Both the position numbers and the translations under genes were made by a program. A stretch of 64,000 bases of DNA from Scenedesmus sp. PABB004 (Eukaryota), in the NCBI GenBank assembly GCA_014905635.1, contig JABVCE010000015.1, positions 434,001-498,000 of the forward strand. Direction: 5' to 3'. Numbering within the stretch: position 1 is the first letter of the stretch; each line of letters opens with the position of its first letter. The notes under the pieces are model-generated. The model was given only the letters and a program-made list of their open reading frames with translations. It was not told the DNA's origin and made no database searches. This document shows, in pieces, positions 23,363 through 38,103 of this stretch.

Positions 23363-26182
23363 TCATGCGCCGCCGTCCCGCTCCGCCGCGTCCGGGCCGC
23401 GCTCGTCGTCCCGCTCCGCAGAGTCGGGGCGCCACCTGTCCCGCCAGCCGGGCGAGCGCGGGCCGCGCCCGCCGTCGCCGCGCTCCGCCGCCGCCGAGTC
23501 GGGGCGCGCCCCGTCGCGCCGGCCGCGCCCGCCGCTGCCGCCGCCGCGCGCGCGCGCGCCGCCGACCTGCCGCCGCGGCGGCGGCGGCGGCGGCGGCGCC
23601 GCGCCCAGGTCGGCGCCGGGGGCGACGCCGACCCCCTTGTTGATGCCGTTGAACCTGATCCACGGGTGCTGCTTGACGAACGCGTACGGCCCGCCCCAGG
23701 CCTGCACGCAGGCGGCCGGGATGGGCAGGCGCGCCCGCAGCGTCGACAGCCGCACCAGCCCCTCCTCGACGCACAGCCGGCGCTCCGCCGACACCAGCGC
23801 GGCGAGCGACCGAACCCACGAGCCCGCCTCGGCTGCCGGCCCCGCCGACGCCCCCGGCGGTGGCGAGCGGCCGGCGGACAGCAGCCGCTCGGCGCCCTCC
23901 AGACGGTCGGCGAATCGAGGTTTAGGGCCGGGGCTGCGCCGCCGGCGCCGCCGCGCCCGAGCGGCTCCGCGTTGGGGCCGGTGAGCGGCGGCGAGCGCGC
24001 GCGCTTGGCCGGCCAGTCGCTGCCGCGCGGGCTGGTGCTGCGCCGCCGGCTGCCACCCCGTGGGCTGGCGCTGCGCCGCCGGCCGCCGTCGCGTGGGCTG
24101 GCGCTGCGCCGCCGGCTGCCGCCGCGCGGGCTGGCGCTGCGCCGCCGGCCGCCGTCGCGTGGGCTGGCACTGCGCCGCCGGCTGCCGCCCCGTGGGCTGG
24201 CGCTGCGCCGCCGGCTGCCGCCGCGCGGGCTGGCGCTGCGCCGCCGGCTGCCGCCGCGCGGGCTGGCGCTGCGCCGCCGGCCGCCGTCGCGCGGGCTGGA
24301 GCTGCGCCGCCGGCCGCCGCGCAGGCTGGAGCTGAGCCGCCGACCACCGCCGTGCGGGCTGGAGCTGCGCTGCCGCCGGCCGCTGCGCGGGCTGGCGCTG
24401 CGCAGCGCGGGGCTGCAGCCCCGGCCGCGGCTGCGGCTGCGGCGCGCTTGCCACGCGCCCCTGCTCTTGCTGCCGTCCCTGCCCCTGCTGCGGCTCCTGC
24501 GGCTGCTGCGGCCGGCCTGCTCGCTTCGCCGCCGGCTTTCCCCGTGCGGCCGCTCCAGGACCGGCCGCCGCGCGGCGGCGCCGCGCGGGCGCGCCGAGCC
24601 GCCCTGCGCGGCGCCACGGCGCATGCGCCATGCCATGTTGCCCGCCGCTGCGTGCTTGTTGCCTTGTGTCACCCAGTACTCATAGCCCGGCGCGTCGCCG
24701 CCGCCGGCACTGCCGCCGTTGGTGCCCGGGGCGCCGACGGCGGGCGGCGCGCGCGCCGCCGCGCCCCCGCCGGCCGCGCCGCCGGCGGCCATGCCGGCGC
24801 CCAGCCCGAGGCCGGCGCCCAGCCCGAGGCCGAGGCCGCCTCTGGCGAGCGGCGCCGCGCCAAAGGCGAGGCCGCCCGGCGAGCACGGCGAGAGCGCGGC
24901 GCAGCCCGGGCCCTGCGCGGCCGTGTGGGCAAAGGCAGTCGGCGAGAGTCCGCCCAAGCCTGTGGGGTCGTCCAGGCCGTCGTCGTCGTCCGCCAGCCAC
25001 CGCAGCACCAGCGCCAGGTCAGCGTGCTCCGAGCCGCACGCGCCGCCCGGCAGCGACGGCGGAGGGGCGCCCGCCGGCACGGCCGTCGCCGCCGGCGGCG
25101 GCGCCGCGAGCGCGGCGGCCACGTGCGCGTGCCAGCGCGCGGCTGCGGCCTCCAGCTGCGCCGACAGGTCGCCGACGCCGCTGCGCTGCACGCGCGCCAG
25201 AATCTGTGCGCGGCGGCGGCGTGCGGTTCGCGCGCTCGTGCGTGCGCGTGCGCACGGGCGGCGCCCGCGCCGGGCCGGCCTCGCGCCCCACGCGCGCGGC
25301 ACGGCACCCCCGGCGCGCGCACCTGGCCGGCGTAGTCCGGGCGTGGGAGCTGCGCGATGCGCGCGCGCGCGCGGCGTCCGCGGCCGCCGCCGCGGCCGCC
25401 TCGAGGTCCTCCCCGTCAAACCCCTCTGCCGCCAGCCGCGCCTGGTCCTCCGCGTGCTCCCGAATCAGCGCCTCCAGCGCCGAGCCCACCCCCAGGCGCC
25501 ACGCGGCGCGCGCCAGGTCGACGGCGCGCAGCGGCGGCGCGCCGCTGCTCGCCTGGAGGTCCGCCAGCTCGCAGGCGAGGGGCTCGGCGTCGCGCAGGTC
25601 GTCCGGCGCCGCGTTGCCCAGCTGCGCCACGGCGACGTCGCCGCCGCCGACGAGCGACAGCCACGCGGCCTCGCGGCCGGCCCCCGCGCCTGGCAGCTCC
25701 GCGCGAGCGACCTGGCGCAGCCGCAGCGGCACCGCCGCGCCGAGCGCCGCGCCGTCCGCGCAGCGCGCCTGCTGCCCCGGCGGCAGCGCGGCGGTGGGCA
25801 CCGCGACGACCGCGCCCGTCAGCAGCTCCAGGCTCTGGCCTAGGTGCTGATGCACCCAGGCCTGCGCCGCGAGGCAGGAGGCCACGCCGTCGCGCGGCAG
25901 GAAGACCATGCCCACGTTGCCCCACGTGGGCAGCAGCAGCTCCTGCAGCACCGCCTGCTTGGCGAGCAGCTTCTCCGCCGCCAGCAGGGGCTGCTGCTTG
26001 CCGCCGCCGCAGCTCGCGGCGGTCGCCGCGCCGCCGGTCGCGCTGCTGCTCGCTGGCGCGTCGCTGCCGCCGCCCGGCCGGCCGCGCTGCCAGTGCCCTT
26101 GGTCGGCCGCAGGCGAGCCGTCGCGCCGAGGCGCGCCCTCGGGCGGCCACGCCGCGCCGGGGGCGCCGCCGCCGCCCGTCAT
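23363..26182 (-). CDS. Hypothetical protein with RRRSASPRGG repeats and a C-terminal LOTUS/OST-HTH-like domain; 2 exons, two frameshifts as assembled
   Basis: ATG at 26182 (MTGGGGAPG..). Globular-looking N-terminal part (LLAKQAVLQELLLPTWGNVGMVFLP). GT-AG intron 25322-25204. RS-like repeats at 24025-24405. VRLSTLRARLPIP..WGGPYAFVKQHPWIRF at ~23630-23820. Stop at 23363. Frameshifts at 25359-25372 and ~23938. Confidence 0.6.
24025..24405 (-). repeat. 33-bp coding tandem repeat (~11 copies, degenerate at one end) encoding RRRSASPR(G/D)G(S/G)
   Basis: gcgcgggctggcgctgcgccgccggctgccgcc-type units on the + strand. Confidence 0.9.
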
Positions 26183-26190
26183 GGGCGGCG

Positions 26191-26191
26191 C

Positions 26192-26283
<92 letters not shown>
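26191..26283. repeat. (CAA)31 microsatellite
   Basis: Perfect CAA run starting 9 nt upstream of the minus-strand ATG at 26182. Confidence 0.97.
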
Positions 26284-26802
26284 CCGGGCGCGGCGCGGAC
26301 AGCGGCGCGGCACGGCGCGCGCGCGCTGCCTGCCGCGCCGCTGCGCCCGGCGGCGGAAGGCTCGCCGCTCGCGCCGCGCGCAGAGACCACGCTGGAGGGC
26401 CGAGGGTCTGGCGCCCCGCCGTCGGCGCGGCGCGGCGCGGCCGGCGGGCGCACACGCGGCGGAGCGGCGGCGACGGGGCGAACGTCGCCGCTGCTGTGCG
26501 CGGCGCGCTGCGTCGGCAATGCGCCTGTGTCGTCCCTCGATCACGTGCCGGTCGGGAGGCGTGTCCGGACCAGGTGGAGAGTGCCGCGGCTGGGCGCCCA
26601 GGCCGCGTCAGTCCATTTTGGCGCCCTGCGCCCTGCGCCCTGCTCGTCGCGCTCCCGCTCCCCCGCGGCCCTCGTCCCGCCACAAGCGCGCCGCTGCCAC
26701 AGGCGTGATCACGCCACGCCGCGCCGCCCCCGCTCGCCGCGGCCTCGCCTGGAGCAGCAAGGCGCATCAGCCTTCGCGGGCGAGAGCTCCGGATCCGGGG
26801 CC

Positions 26803-27197
26803 ATGGCGGGCGACAGCAAGCTCGACATGAGTTTGGACGCGCTGATCAAGAACGCGCGCAAGCCGGGCGCCAAGCCCGGCCCGAAGGGCAAGCCGGGCGC
26901 GGGCGCCAAGCCGGGCGCCAAGGGCAAGGCCGCGCCGGGCAAGAAGGGCGGCGTCGTGCTCAAGGCCAAGGGCGGTGTGGCCAAGGCCGGCGCAGGCGGC
27001 GCCAAGGGCGGCCCCAAGGTGCGACGGCGGGCCCGCGCGCGCCGCCGCTGCTGCTGCCACAACAACGCGCCCCCGCGTGCGCGCCGCCAGCATCGCGCCG
27101 GCCGGCCGCGTGCGCGGCGGCGGCGGCGGGCGGCGGCGCAGCAGCCCGGCGCGCGGCGCGCTCGCTGCAGGCAGCCGCGTGGGCGTGGCACGCAGCG

Positions 27198-27245
<48 letters not shown>

Positions 27246-28859
27246 GGGCCGCGCCCGCCCGCGCCCGCCCACGACGCCGCCGCCGCGCCGCCCGCGCGCC
27301 GCCGCCGCGCCCGCAGCAGCAGCAGCAGCGGCCAGGCGGGCGGCCCGACGTGCGCGTCGTGCCGCGCCCCGGCGCCGCGCCGCGCCCCGGCGGCGGCCAC
27401 GCGCTGCGCGGCGTGCCGCCGGCGCGCGGCGGCTACGGCGGCGGCGGCTACGGCGGCGGCTACGGCGGCGGCGGCGGCGGCTACGGCGGCGGCTACGGCG
27501 GCGGCCCCATGGGCGGCGGCTACGGCCAGGCGCCGCCGCGCATGGCGCAGCCCGCGCCGGCCGGCGAGCTCTTTGACGGCTCCCTGGTTGCGAGCTCCAC
27601 GAGCTCCAAGCTGTGAGCGGCGGCGCGCGCGCGCGCGGGCATGCGTGGCACACACACCGGGGCGCCGCGCGGCCGCACGGCGGCGACTGTGGACCTCGCG
27701 CCGGCTGGCGCACGCAACGTTGTCTCCGCCTCGCGCCAACCGCTCCACACGCACCCACCCACGCGCACCGCTGCCGCCACGCCGTGCCCGCCCCGCGGCG
27801 CAGGCTGATCTCCAACCTGGACCTCAAGGTCACGGACGAGGACATCCGGGTGCGCGCCGGCGCGGCGCCCCTGCGGCGCCGCCACGCACCGCAGCGCCAC
27901 GGCGCGGCGCCGCTGCCGCGCGGCGCCGGCGGCGGCCGGGCCCGGCCGCCGGGCGCGCACCGCCGCGCTGCTGCCGCAAAACGCCGCCGCCGCCGCCGCG
28001 CGCAGGAGCTGTTTGGCACGATGGGCACGGTCAAGGAGGCGTACATCCACTACGACAAGAGGTGCGGGGCGCTTGGGGTTCAGGGTTCAGGGCGCGGGGC
28101 CGGGGTTCAGGGCGCGGGGCCGGGGTTCAGGGCTGTGCTGGCGCTGGGGCTCGGGGCGCGGCGCACGGCGCGGGACGCCGCCGCGCGCCGCCGACGCCGC
28201 CCCCCGCGCGTCCGCCCGGCGCCTGCGCGCGCGGCGCGCCGCGCGCAGCGGGCGCAGCATGGGCGCCGCGACGGTGCTGTTTGAGCGGCGCAAGGACGCG
28301 CTGTCTGCGTTCAACCGCTACAACAACGTCGCGCTGGACAACAAGAAGATGAGCATCGAGGTGAGCGGGAGAGGGAGGGAGGGAGAGGGAGGGAGAGAGA
28401 GGGAGGGAGGGAGGGAGGGAGAGGGAGGGAGGGAGGGAGGGAGGGAGGGAGGGAGGGAGGGAGGGAGGGAGAGGCGCGCCGCTGCGGCGCGCGGGGCCGG
28501 CGGCGCGCGCGCAGCCTCCGGGCGCAGGCGGGGCGCCAGCGGCGGCCGAGCGCCCGCGCCGTGCCGTGCCGCGCCGCGCCGCGCAGGTGGTGGAGCAGGC
28601 GGTGCCGCGCGGCACGTTCAAGACGCTCTCGAGCGGCATAAAGTGAGTGGGGCCGCACGCCGCCGCACGCGGGCGCACCGCACGCGGCCCGCGGGGGCAC
28701 CGCAGCACGCCGCGCGCAGTCCCCGCCGATGCGCGCGCCCCGCCCGCGCCCCGCGCCCCGCGCCGCAGCGTGAGCCGGACCGGGGGCGGCGGCCCGGGCG
28801 CGCGCGGCCGCGGCCGCGGCGCGGCCGGCGGCGGCGGCGGCGACTTCATGCAGGAGTGA
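26803..28859 (+). CDS. ALYREF: ALY/REF (THO complex subunit 4) mRNA export adaptor; 7 exons
   Basis: N-terminal motif SKLDMSLDALIK; RGG/YGG-rich linker; RRM KLLISNLDLKVTDEDIRELFGTMG..YIHYDKSGRSMGAATVLFERRKDALSAFNRYNNVALDNKKMSIE across 6 GT-AG introns. Confidence 0.92.
27199..27243. repeat. (CAG)n microsatellite in ALYREF intron 1
   Basis: About 15 CAG units. Confidence 0.9.
28367..28472. repeat. (GGGA)n purine tract at the 5' end of an ALYREF intron
   Basis: gagggaggga... run directly after the GT donor at 28361. Confidence 0.9.
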
Positions 28860-28987
28860 GGCGCTGCGCGGCGGCAGGCCCGTGGCGCCGCGGCGGCCGC
28901 GGCTGCGCTGCGATCTTTTGGGGTGGCGGGGGGGGGGGGGGGGGTCGGGTAATGTCCCTGGCCGGCGGGCTCGCGTGTGACTGCTCG

Positions 28988-28992
28988 TTACA
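28988..28992 (-). promoter_or_regulatory. TGTAA polyadenylation signal of ZNF207
   Basis: TTACA on the + strand, ~180 nt downstream of the inferred stop at 29170. Confidence 0.55.
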
Positions 28993-29169
28993 CGTGCAGC
29001 CGTCCGAAGGGTCGTCCGAAGGGTCGTCCGAAGGGTCGTCGCACGCGGCGCGGGGACCGGGCGCGCCTACGCCACATGTGTCCTGTACAGGACAAACCAC
29101 GACGGCCGCCCCGCTCTGCCCGAACGGCCGTCCCAGCGCGCGCGCCCCAGCCCCTTGCCGCCGCACGGG

Positions 29170-30982
29170 TCACTGCTGCAGCTGCTGCTGCGCGCCCGGC
29201 TCCGCGTCCGGCACCCCCGCCCCGGCTGCGGCGGCACCGCAGCGCTCGCCAGCGGCTCCTGGCGCGGCGCCTCCGCGGGCGCCTGCTGCCCCGGCTGCTG
29301 CGCCTCTGCCGGCGCCGCACCGCCCTCGCCCGCCGGCGCCGCCTCGCCCGCCGCCGCGGGCGCGGCGTGGGCGCCGTCCGCCGCCGGCGGCGCGGCGTCG
29401 CCGCCGTTTGCCGCCGCCGCCGCGGGCGCGGCGTCGCCGCCGTCGGTCGCCGCCGCCGCGCCCTCCGCGCGCGCCCGCGCGGCGGCAAACTGGGGCAGCA
29501 TCGCGCGCCGCTCCTCGGGGCTGAACTCCTCGTCCGTCCACACCAGCTCCTCGTCCGCGGCGCCGTCGGCGGCGCCGCCGCTCGCGGGGCCCGCGCCGGG
29601 GAACGGCGGCGGCGCGCCAGCGACGCCCGCGTACGGCGGCGGCGCGGCGGCGCCCGGGTACGGCGGCGCGGCGCCGGCGATGGGGAACAGGGGCGCGCTC
29701 GGCGGCCGCACGGCGCCTGCGGTGGCGGTGGCGCGGCGCCGGGGTCAGAGGCGGCGGAGGCGGCAGTGTCGGCGGGCTGCGCCGGCGGGCCTGCCAGGGA
29801 GCCGTGCCGGCCGCGCGCGCGCGCACCTGGCGGCGGCGCCCCCATGCCCGGCGGCGGGGCGGCCATGTAGGGCGGCGGGGCGCCGTAGCCGTACGCGCCG
29901 GGCGGCGGCGGGCCGTAGCCGCTGCGCGGCGGCGGGCGGGCGCGAGGGCGCGTCGGCGCGTTGGCGCGCGCTGGGGCCTGAAAAGCGCGCGCGCGTGCCG
30001 CCGCCGCCGCCGCTGCCGCCGCCGCGGCGCGAGCCCCCGGCGCGGCGCGCACGGGTACTGCTGCGGCGGCGGCATGCCCGGCGGTGCGTAGCCGGCGTAG
30101 TGGGCGCCCGGGTAGCCCGGCGGAGCGCCATAGCCCGGCATGGCCATGCCCATGGGGTGAGGGTACTGCGGAGCGTACTGCCCTGGCGGCGCGTACTGCC
30201 CGGGCGGCACGTACTGCCCGGGCAGCGCGTACTGCCCGGGCGGCGCGTACTGCCCCGGCGGCGGGTACGCGCCGTAGCCGCTGCCGCCAGGGAGGCCCAT
30301 GGGGCCGCCCATGGGCGGCGGCGCGCCAGCGGGCGCGCCCGGCCACGGCGCGGCGCCGCCCGGCGCCGCGCCCAGCTGCTGCTGCTCCTCCGCGCGCGCC
30401 CGCTTGCCGTCCGGCTCCTCTGCGCGCGCGGCGGGCGCGACTGGTGGGCGCGCGCGCGTGCGCGCGCGCACGGCTGAGGCCGCCGGCGCCGGCGCCGCGC
30501 CGCACCCTCGCCAAAGGGGTCGCCCGGCCGCGCGCCCGCCGGCACGCCGGCCATGCCAAAGATTTCGCGGTCCATGCCAGTGCGCCCCGGCAGCGCGCCG
30601 GGGATCCTGCGCCGTGGCGGCGGCCGGCGGCCGGCGGCGGTCTGCGGTCTGCGGCCGGCCGGCGGCCGGCGGCTGCCACGCCGCGGTCGCCGCCCCGCAG
30701 TCGGCTCACTCGCTCACGGTCGTCTTGTGGACCTGCTGTGCGTGCACGGCCAGGCCCTGCGCTGTGTTCAGCTTGCGGTTGCACTCGACGCACTTGAAGT
30801 GCGTGCCCTTCTGGTGCTGCACCAGCGACGGCTCGTCTGCGAGCGCGCGCGGCGGCGGCGTGCGTGGGGCTGCGCGGCACGGCGCGCCCGCCGCCCCGCG
30901 CCGCAGGCGCACCAGCGAACTCGCGGTCACAGTACCAGCACCACGGCTTCACCTTCTCGCGGTTCTTTTTCTTGCGCACCAT
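29170..30982 (-). CDS. ZNF207: BuGZ/ZNF207/SUF4-family C2H2 zinc-finger protein; 6 exons
   Basis: [78 protein letters not shown]; Pro/Tyr-rich middle; C-terminal [20 protein letters not shown]. Stop is 29170 if a 1-nt indel at 29220-29223 is corrected, otherwise 29067. Confidence 0.92.
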
Positions 30983-31692
30983 GGCTGCTGCGTCTGCGTC
31001 TGCGTCTGCGCCTGCGTCTGCGGGCAGCGGGCGCGCGTCGGCGGCGCCGCTGCTGCCGCGCGCGCCGCGCCGCCGCGCCGGTCCGCCGTCGCGCTGCCGG
31101 CGAGTGAAGTGCGCGGCCCGGAGCCCCCCGAGCAACCCGGTGTCAGTCGCTGGCTGCGGCGCCGTCGATCGCGCGGGGGCGCCGATGCGAGCGCACGTCT
31201 GCTGCCCCCGCGCGCCGGCGCCGCTGGGCGCCGCGCTCTCGCACCCGGTGAGTGGCGATCGGCGTCACGCTGCACAATCCAGCGCGGGGCCGTGCGAGCG
31301 CCGGGTGCGCCGTGGAGGCCCTGCGCGCGCCAAAGCAGCAGCCCCTCTGCTCGCGGCGCGTCCGACCGACCCCAGGAAGGGTCGCTGGGGCGTCCCGTGG
31401 AGGGTCGCTGGGGCGTCCCGTGGAGGTTAAGTTCGCGGCTGCGGCGCGCCGCCGAGCCGTGCGGCGCCGCCGGGGCTCATGCAGAAGCGCCGCCCGACCC
31501 CGCCTGCCCGGTGAGCGCCGCCTGCAGCCGGCAGACCAGCCAGCCCACAGCCGAGCCCAGAAGCCCAGACCAGCAGCCCGGCCTCCCACGAGCGCGCCTC
31601 GGCGGCTCGCTGAGTGCGCGCCCACAGCACGCGCCCAGCACGGCCCACCGCGCGCACAGCACGCGCGCAGCACGGCCTCGCGCGCTCACGGC

Positions 31693-32489
31693 TCACAGCT
31701 CGCCCGCGAGCGGCACGCCGAGCGGGATGTCGGGGTGCGCGAGGCAGAGCATGAGCTTGACCACCGCGCACTCGGGCGTCATCTGGGGCCCCGCCTGTGC
31801 GCGCGCGGGCGCCGCGTGGCCCAGCGCGCGCGGCGCTCCCGCGCGCTCGCCGGGCCCGCGCCCCCCCCCCCCCCCGCCGCTGCTGATCACGCTGCGCCTC
31901 ACCTCGACGCCCATCTCGAGCGCGAGGGCGCCCGCGCGGTAGAGCTCCGGCCGCAGCGGCCCCAGGTGGCACTGCGACGCCAGGTAGACCTGGCGGCGGC
32001 GGCGGCGGGGCGGGGTGACGGGCTGACGGGCGAGGCCGGGCGGGCGGGCCGCCGCCGCGCCGCGCCGCCGCCGCCGCCGCGCCTGCAGGCCCTTGCGCGT
32101 CTGCTGGCGCAGCCACGCCATCCAGCCCTGGGCGGGCAGGTCGGGCATGTTGCCCACGCCTGCGGCGCGGCGCGGCGCGCGCGAACGGACGACACGGGCG
32201 CCGCGCGTCAGGCCCCCCCCTCCCAGCCGTTCCGCCGGCGGCCGCGGCGCAGCGCCCCTGTGCGCGCCGCGCGCCGCCGCACCAAAGGCCTCCAGCACCA
32301 CGCCGCGCACGCCGCGGTCGACCAGGTCGCCGTAGGCGATGCGTGGGTCGCTGCCGGGCACGATCGGCACGCGGATGACAGCGGGGTCCAGCTTAAACCT
32401 GAGCAGCAGCAGGGTTTAGGGGTTGTGGGGCCGCGAGCGGGAGGGCGGGCGCGGGTGCGGCGGCGGCGGCGTCACGGCCGGCGCGGCGC

Positions 32490-32525
<36 letters not shown>

Positions 32526-32704
32526 GCCCCGGAGGGGGAGGCACGCAGAACAAGCAAAGGAACGCAGAGGCAGGAGCGAATGGCGCGACGCACCGCGGGC
32601 GGTAGCCGCCCTCGACTTTGAGCAGGTAGCGCTCGTTAAACTCCACGTCCACGCCCAGCGACGCGAGGTGGGGGTAGCCGGGCGAGTCAAACGCCTGAGG
32701 TTTA

Positions 32705-32739
<35 letters not shown>

Positions 32740-34610
32740 GTCGGGCGCGCGCGGCTGCAGGCTGGGCGGCGCCCGCCGGCGGCGGCGGCGCCCGGCGGCC
32801 GGCGCCGGACCTGGTAGTTGCTGGAGTTGACCTTCTGAGCGCGGTTGCCGCGCATCTGCGTCGGCGGCGGCGGCGGCGGCGGCGGAGGCGCAGCGGCCGG
32901 CGGGGGCGCCCGTCGGGCGCTGACTGGCTCCGGGCGCCGCGCCGCGCCTAACCCGGCGCCCGTGCCGCACCAGCTTGCCGCCGAAGCAGACCGCGACCTC
33001 GGATAGCGCCGCCGCGTGCGTCGCGCCGCGCGCGTACGGCGCGGTCGCGCAGGTGAGCGCGTCGATCAGGTTTTGCCGCGCGTCGCTGCGCGGGCTCGAC
33101 AGCGGCAGCTGGCTGCCTGCGCGGCGGCGCGGGGACACGGCGGGCGGGCGGGCGCTCAATCCCGTTGCCACCGAAGCAGCCAGCACGGCCTTGCGCGCGG
33201 CGAGCGGAACGCTGGGCCGGGCCAGCGCCGCACCCGTGAGGACGATGGGCTTGCGGAAGCCCTGCAGCAGCAGCGAGAGCGCGGACGCCGTGTACGCGAG
33301 CGTGTCGGTGCCGTGCACAATGAGGAACGCGTCGTACGCCGCCCTGCGCGCGGCGCGCGGCGGACGCGGGCGGCGCACGGCGGACGCGGCGGACGCGGAC
33401 GCGGACGCGGCGGTGGGGTGTGTTGTTCGTTGCCGGGGCGCCGGCGCGGCGCGCGGCCGGGCGTGCGCAAGCGTCGGCGGGCGGGCGGCGGGGCGCCGCG
33501 GGCGGGCGGCCGGGCCCTGCGCGCCCGCCCTCGCCTGTTCCTGTCGAGAAGCTTCGCGATTTGGATCCACTCCCGCGGCCCCACGCGGCTGCTGTCCTTG
33601 TTGAACACGACCTGATGCCGCCGCCGGCGCGGCGGTGCGGCGCGGGGCGGGGCGGCGCGGGGCGTCCGCGCGGCCGGGAGGGCCGCGGCGGCGGCGCCGC
33701 GCGCTGGCCGCGCCCGTGTGCGAGCCCCGCGTGCGTGTGCGCGCGAGCCCGCGGCCGGCGGCGCCGCGAGCGCACCTGCAGGTCGAGGTTGGCAAAGGTG
33801 CAGAGCTCGGGCACCTGCGGGGCAGGGCGGCGCCGCGGGGCGTCGGAGCGAGCGCGGCGCGGCGCCGCGCTCGGCGGCGAATCAGCGACGCGCTGCCGCA
33901 CCTGGGTGAACAGGTTTGCCAGCATGTCACCGGGCACCAGCGCACCTGGCGGCGGCGGCGGCAGCGGCCGTTCAGCGCGCAGGCGGCTGCGCGGCGCCAC
34001 GCGCGGCCGGCGGCGCGCCGCACCCGGGTCCCGGTAGGTGCCGCCGGTGCCCCGCTTGATGTGCAGCTGGTGGGGGTCGTCTGGGTCGGCCTCAAAGCTG
34101 GTCAGCGGCGGCGGGGTCGGCCCTCACGCGCGTCAGCGTCGCGGCGGCAGGCTGCGTGGGGCGCGCTCGCTGCGCCGCGCACCTCTGGCCGACATCCATG
34201 CCCAGCGTGCCGCCCGTGTGCAGGATGAGGACGTGCGGCAGCGGCTGCGGCACGGACGTGTGCGGCCCGACGACGACCGGGCTCGGTCCGGACGGGCCGC
34301 CGCCGCCGGCCGCAGTCGCCGCGCGCGTGCGCCGTGCGGTCGGGCCGCCGCCGCCGGCCGCCGTCGCCGCGCGCGTGCGCCGCGCGGTCGGCGGCGGCGG
34401 CGGCCGCTGCTGCTCCTGCTGCTGCTGCTGCTCCTGCTCCTGCTGCTGCTGCTGCTGCTCAGGCGGTGGCTGCGCCTGGCGCGTGGTGGCGCGGCGCCGG
34501 CGCGCCGGCGCGGCGTCGCCTGCGCCAGCAGCGGCAGCCAGAACTGCCGCTCCGCGCCGCCGCGGCGCCCCGCGCGCGCAGGCGCCGCGCGCGGGCAGCC
34601 GCGCCAGCAT
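31693..34610 (-). CDS. ansA: Type I (AnsA-like) L-asparaginase with N-terminal transit-peptide-like extension; 13 exons
   Basis: [88 protein letters not shown]. 12 introns, with GC donors at 33534 and 32082. Confidence 0.9.
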
Positions 34611-35044
34611 GCTGCTTGAAGCACGGGGGAGCTGCCGGGCGCCCTGCCGGGCCTGCGCGGGGCCGCGGCGGCCGAGCGGCAGCGGCGGCGTTGGAGTGAG
34701 ACTTGGCGCCGGCTGCGGCTGTGCTGGCTGGCGGCTGCCGCAGGCGGTCTGGATCGGGAGAGCAGCGGCAGCACGCGGCGGACTGGTGGACGACACAGGC
34801 GGAGCGAGGGCAGCAGCTCTCGCACGAACGGCGTCGTTCGCGTCGTCAAAACGCCGCCGCGGTGCGCCGCAGCACCGCCGCCGGCATGGGCCGCACGCCC
34901 AGACGTCCACCGAGCGCGCCCCCGATCAACCCCCTCCTGTTCCCACGCACCGGGACGAGGCCGCCTCGTGTAAGCCCGCTCCCCGCTGCCTGGGCGCGCG
35001 GAAAGACCGCGGGACGGCGGCCGGCTGCGAGCGGGTTGCCCGTC

Positions 35045-37812
<2,768 letters not shown>

Positions 37813-37903
37813 GCGGCCTCCTCGGGGACGCCGCGCGCGGCGTGGTTGCGAGCGCGGCGCGCGTCGGCTGCCGAGTCGGCTGCGGCGGCGGCGGCGGCGG
37901 CCC

Positions 37904-37908
37904 TGTAA
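37904..37908 (+). promoter_or_regulatory. TGTAA polyadenylation signal of RPN7
   Basis: About 90 nt downstream of the stop at 37812. Confidence 0.65.
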
Positions 37909-38103
37909 CTCTGCGCCTCAGATTGGCGGCGGCGAGCCAGCGGTTGCAGAAGCGCGGCCGCCCGCGTTTGAATGTCTTGGCCGCTTCGACCCTGCTCGCC
38001 CGGCCCGCAGCTACCTCGCGCGCTCGCGACTCGCTCACCGACGGCGCGGGCGGGCCCCGCGCCATGTGAGCCCGCGAGGCGCGACCACCATCCCGCTCGA
38101 GCG

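Noticed and set aside
24025..24405. 33-bp repeats as a possible CRISPR array
   Set aside because: Head-to-tail coding repeats with no unique spacers, no cas genes, and a eukaryotic context.
26191..26283. Poly-Q/N/T/V/C/L proteins in the ORF track
   Set aside because: These are translations of the CAA microsatellite lying outside both flanking CDSs.
29001..31426. Short tandem repeats (12 bp x3 at ~29001-29040; 23 bp x2 at ~31379-31426)
   Set aside because: Small local duplications in UTR or intergenic DNA with no further structure.
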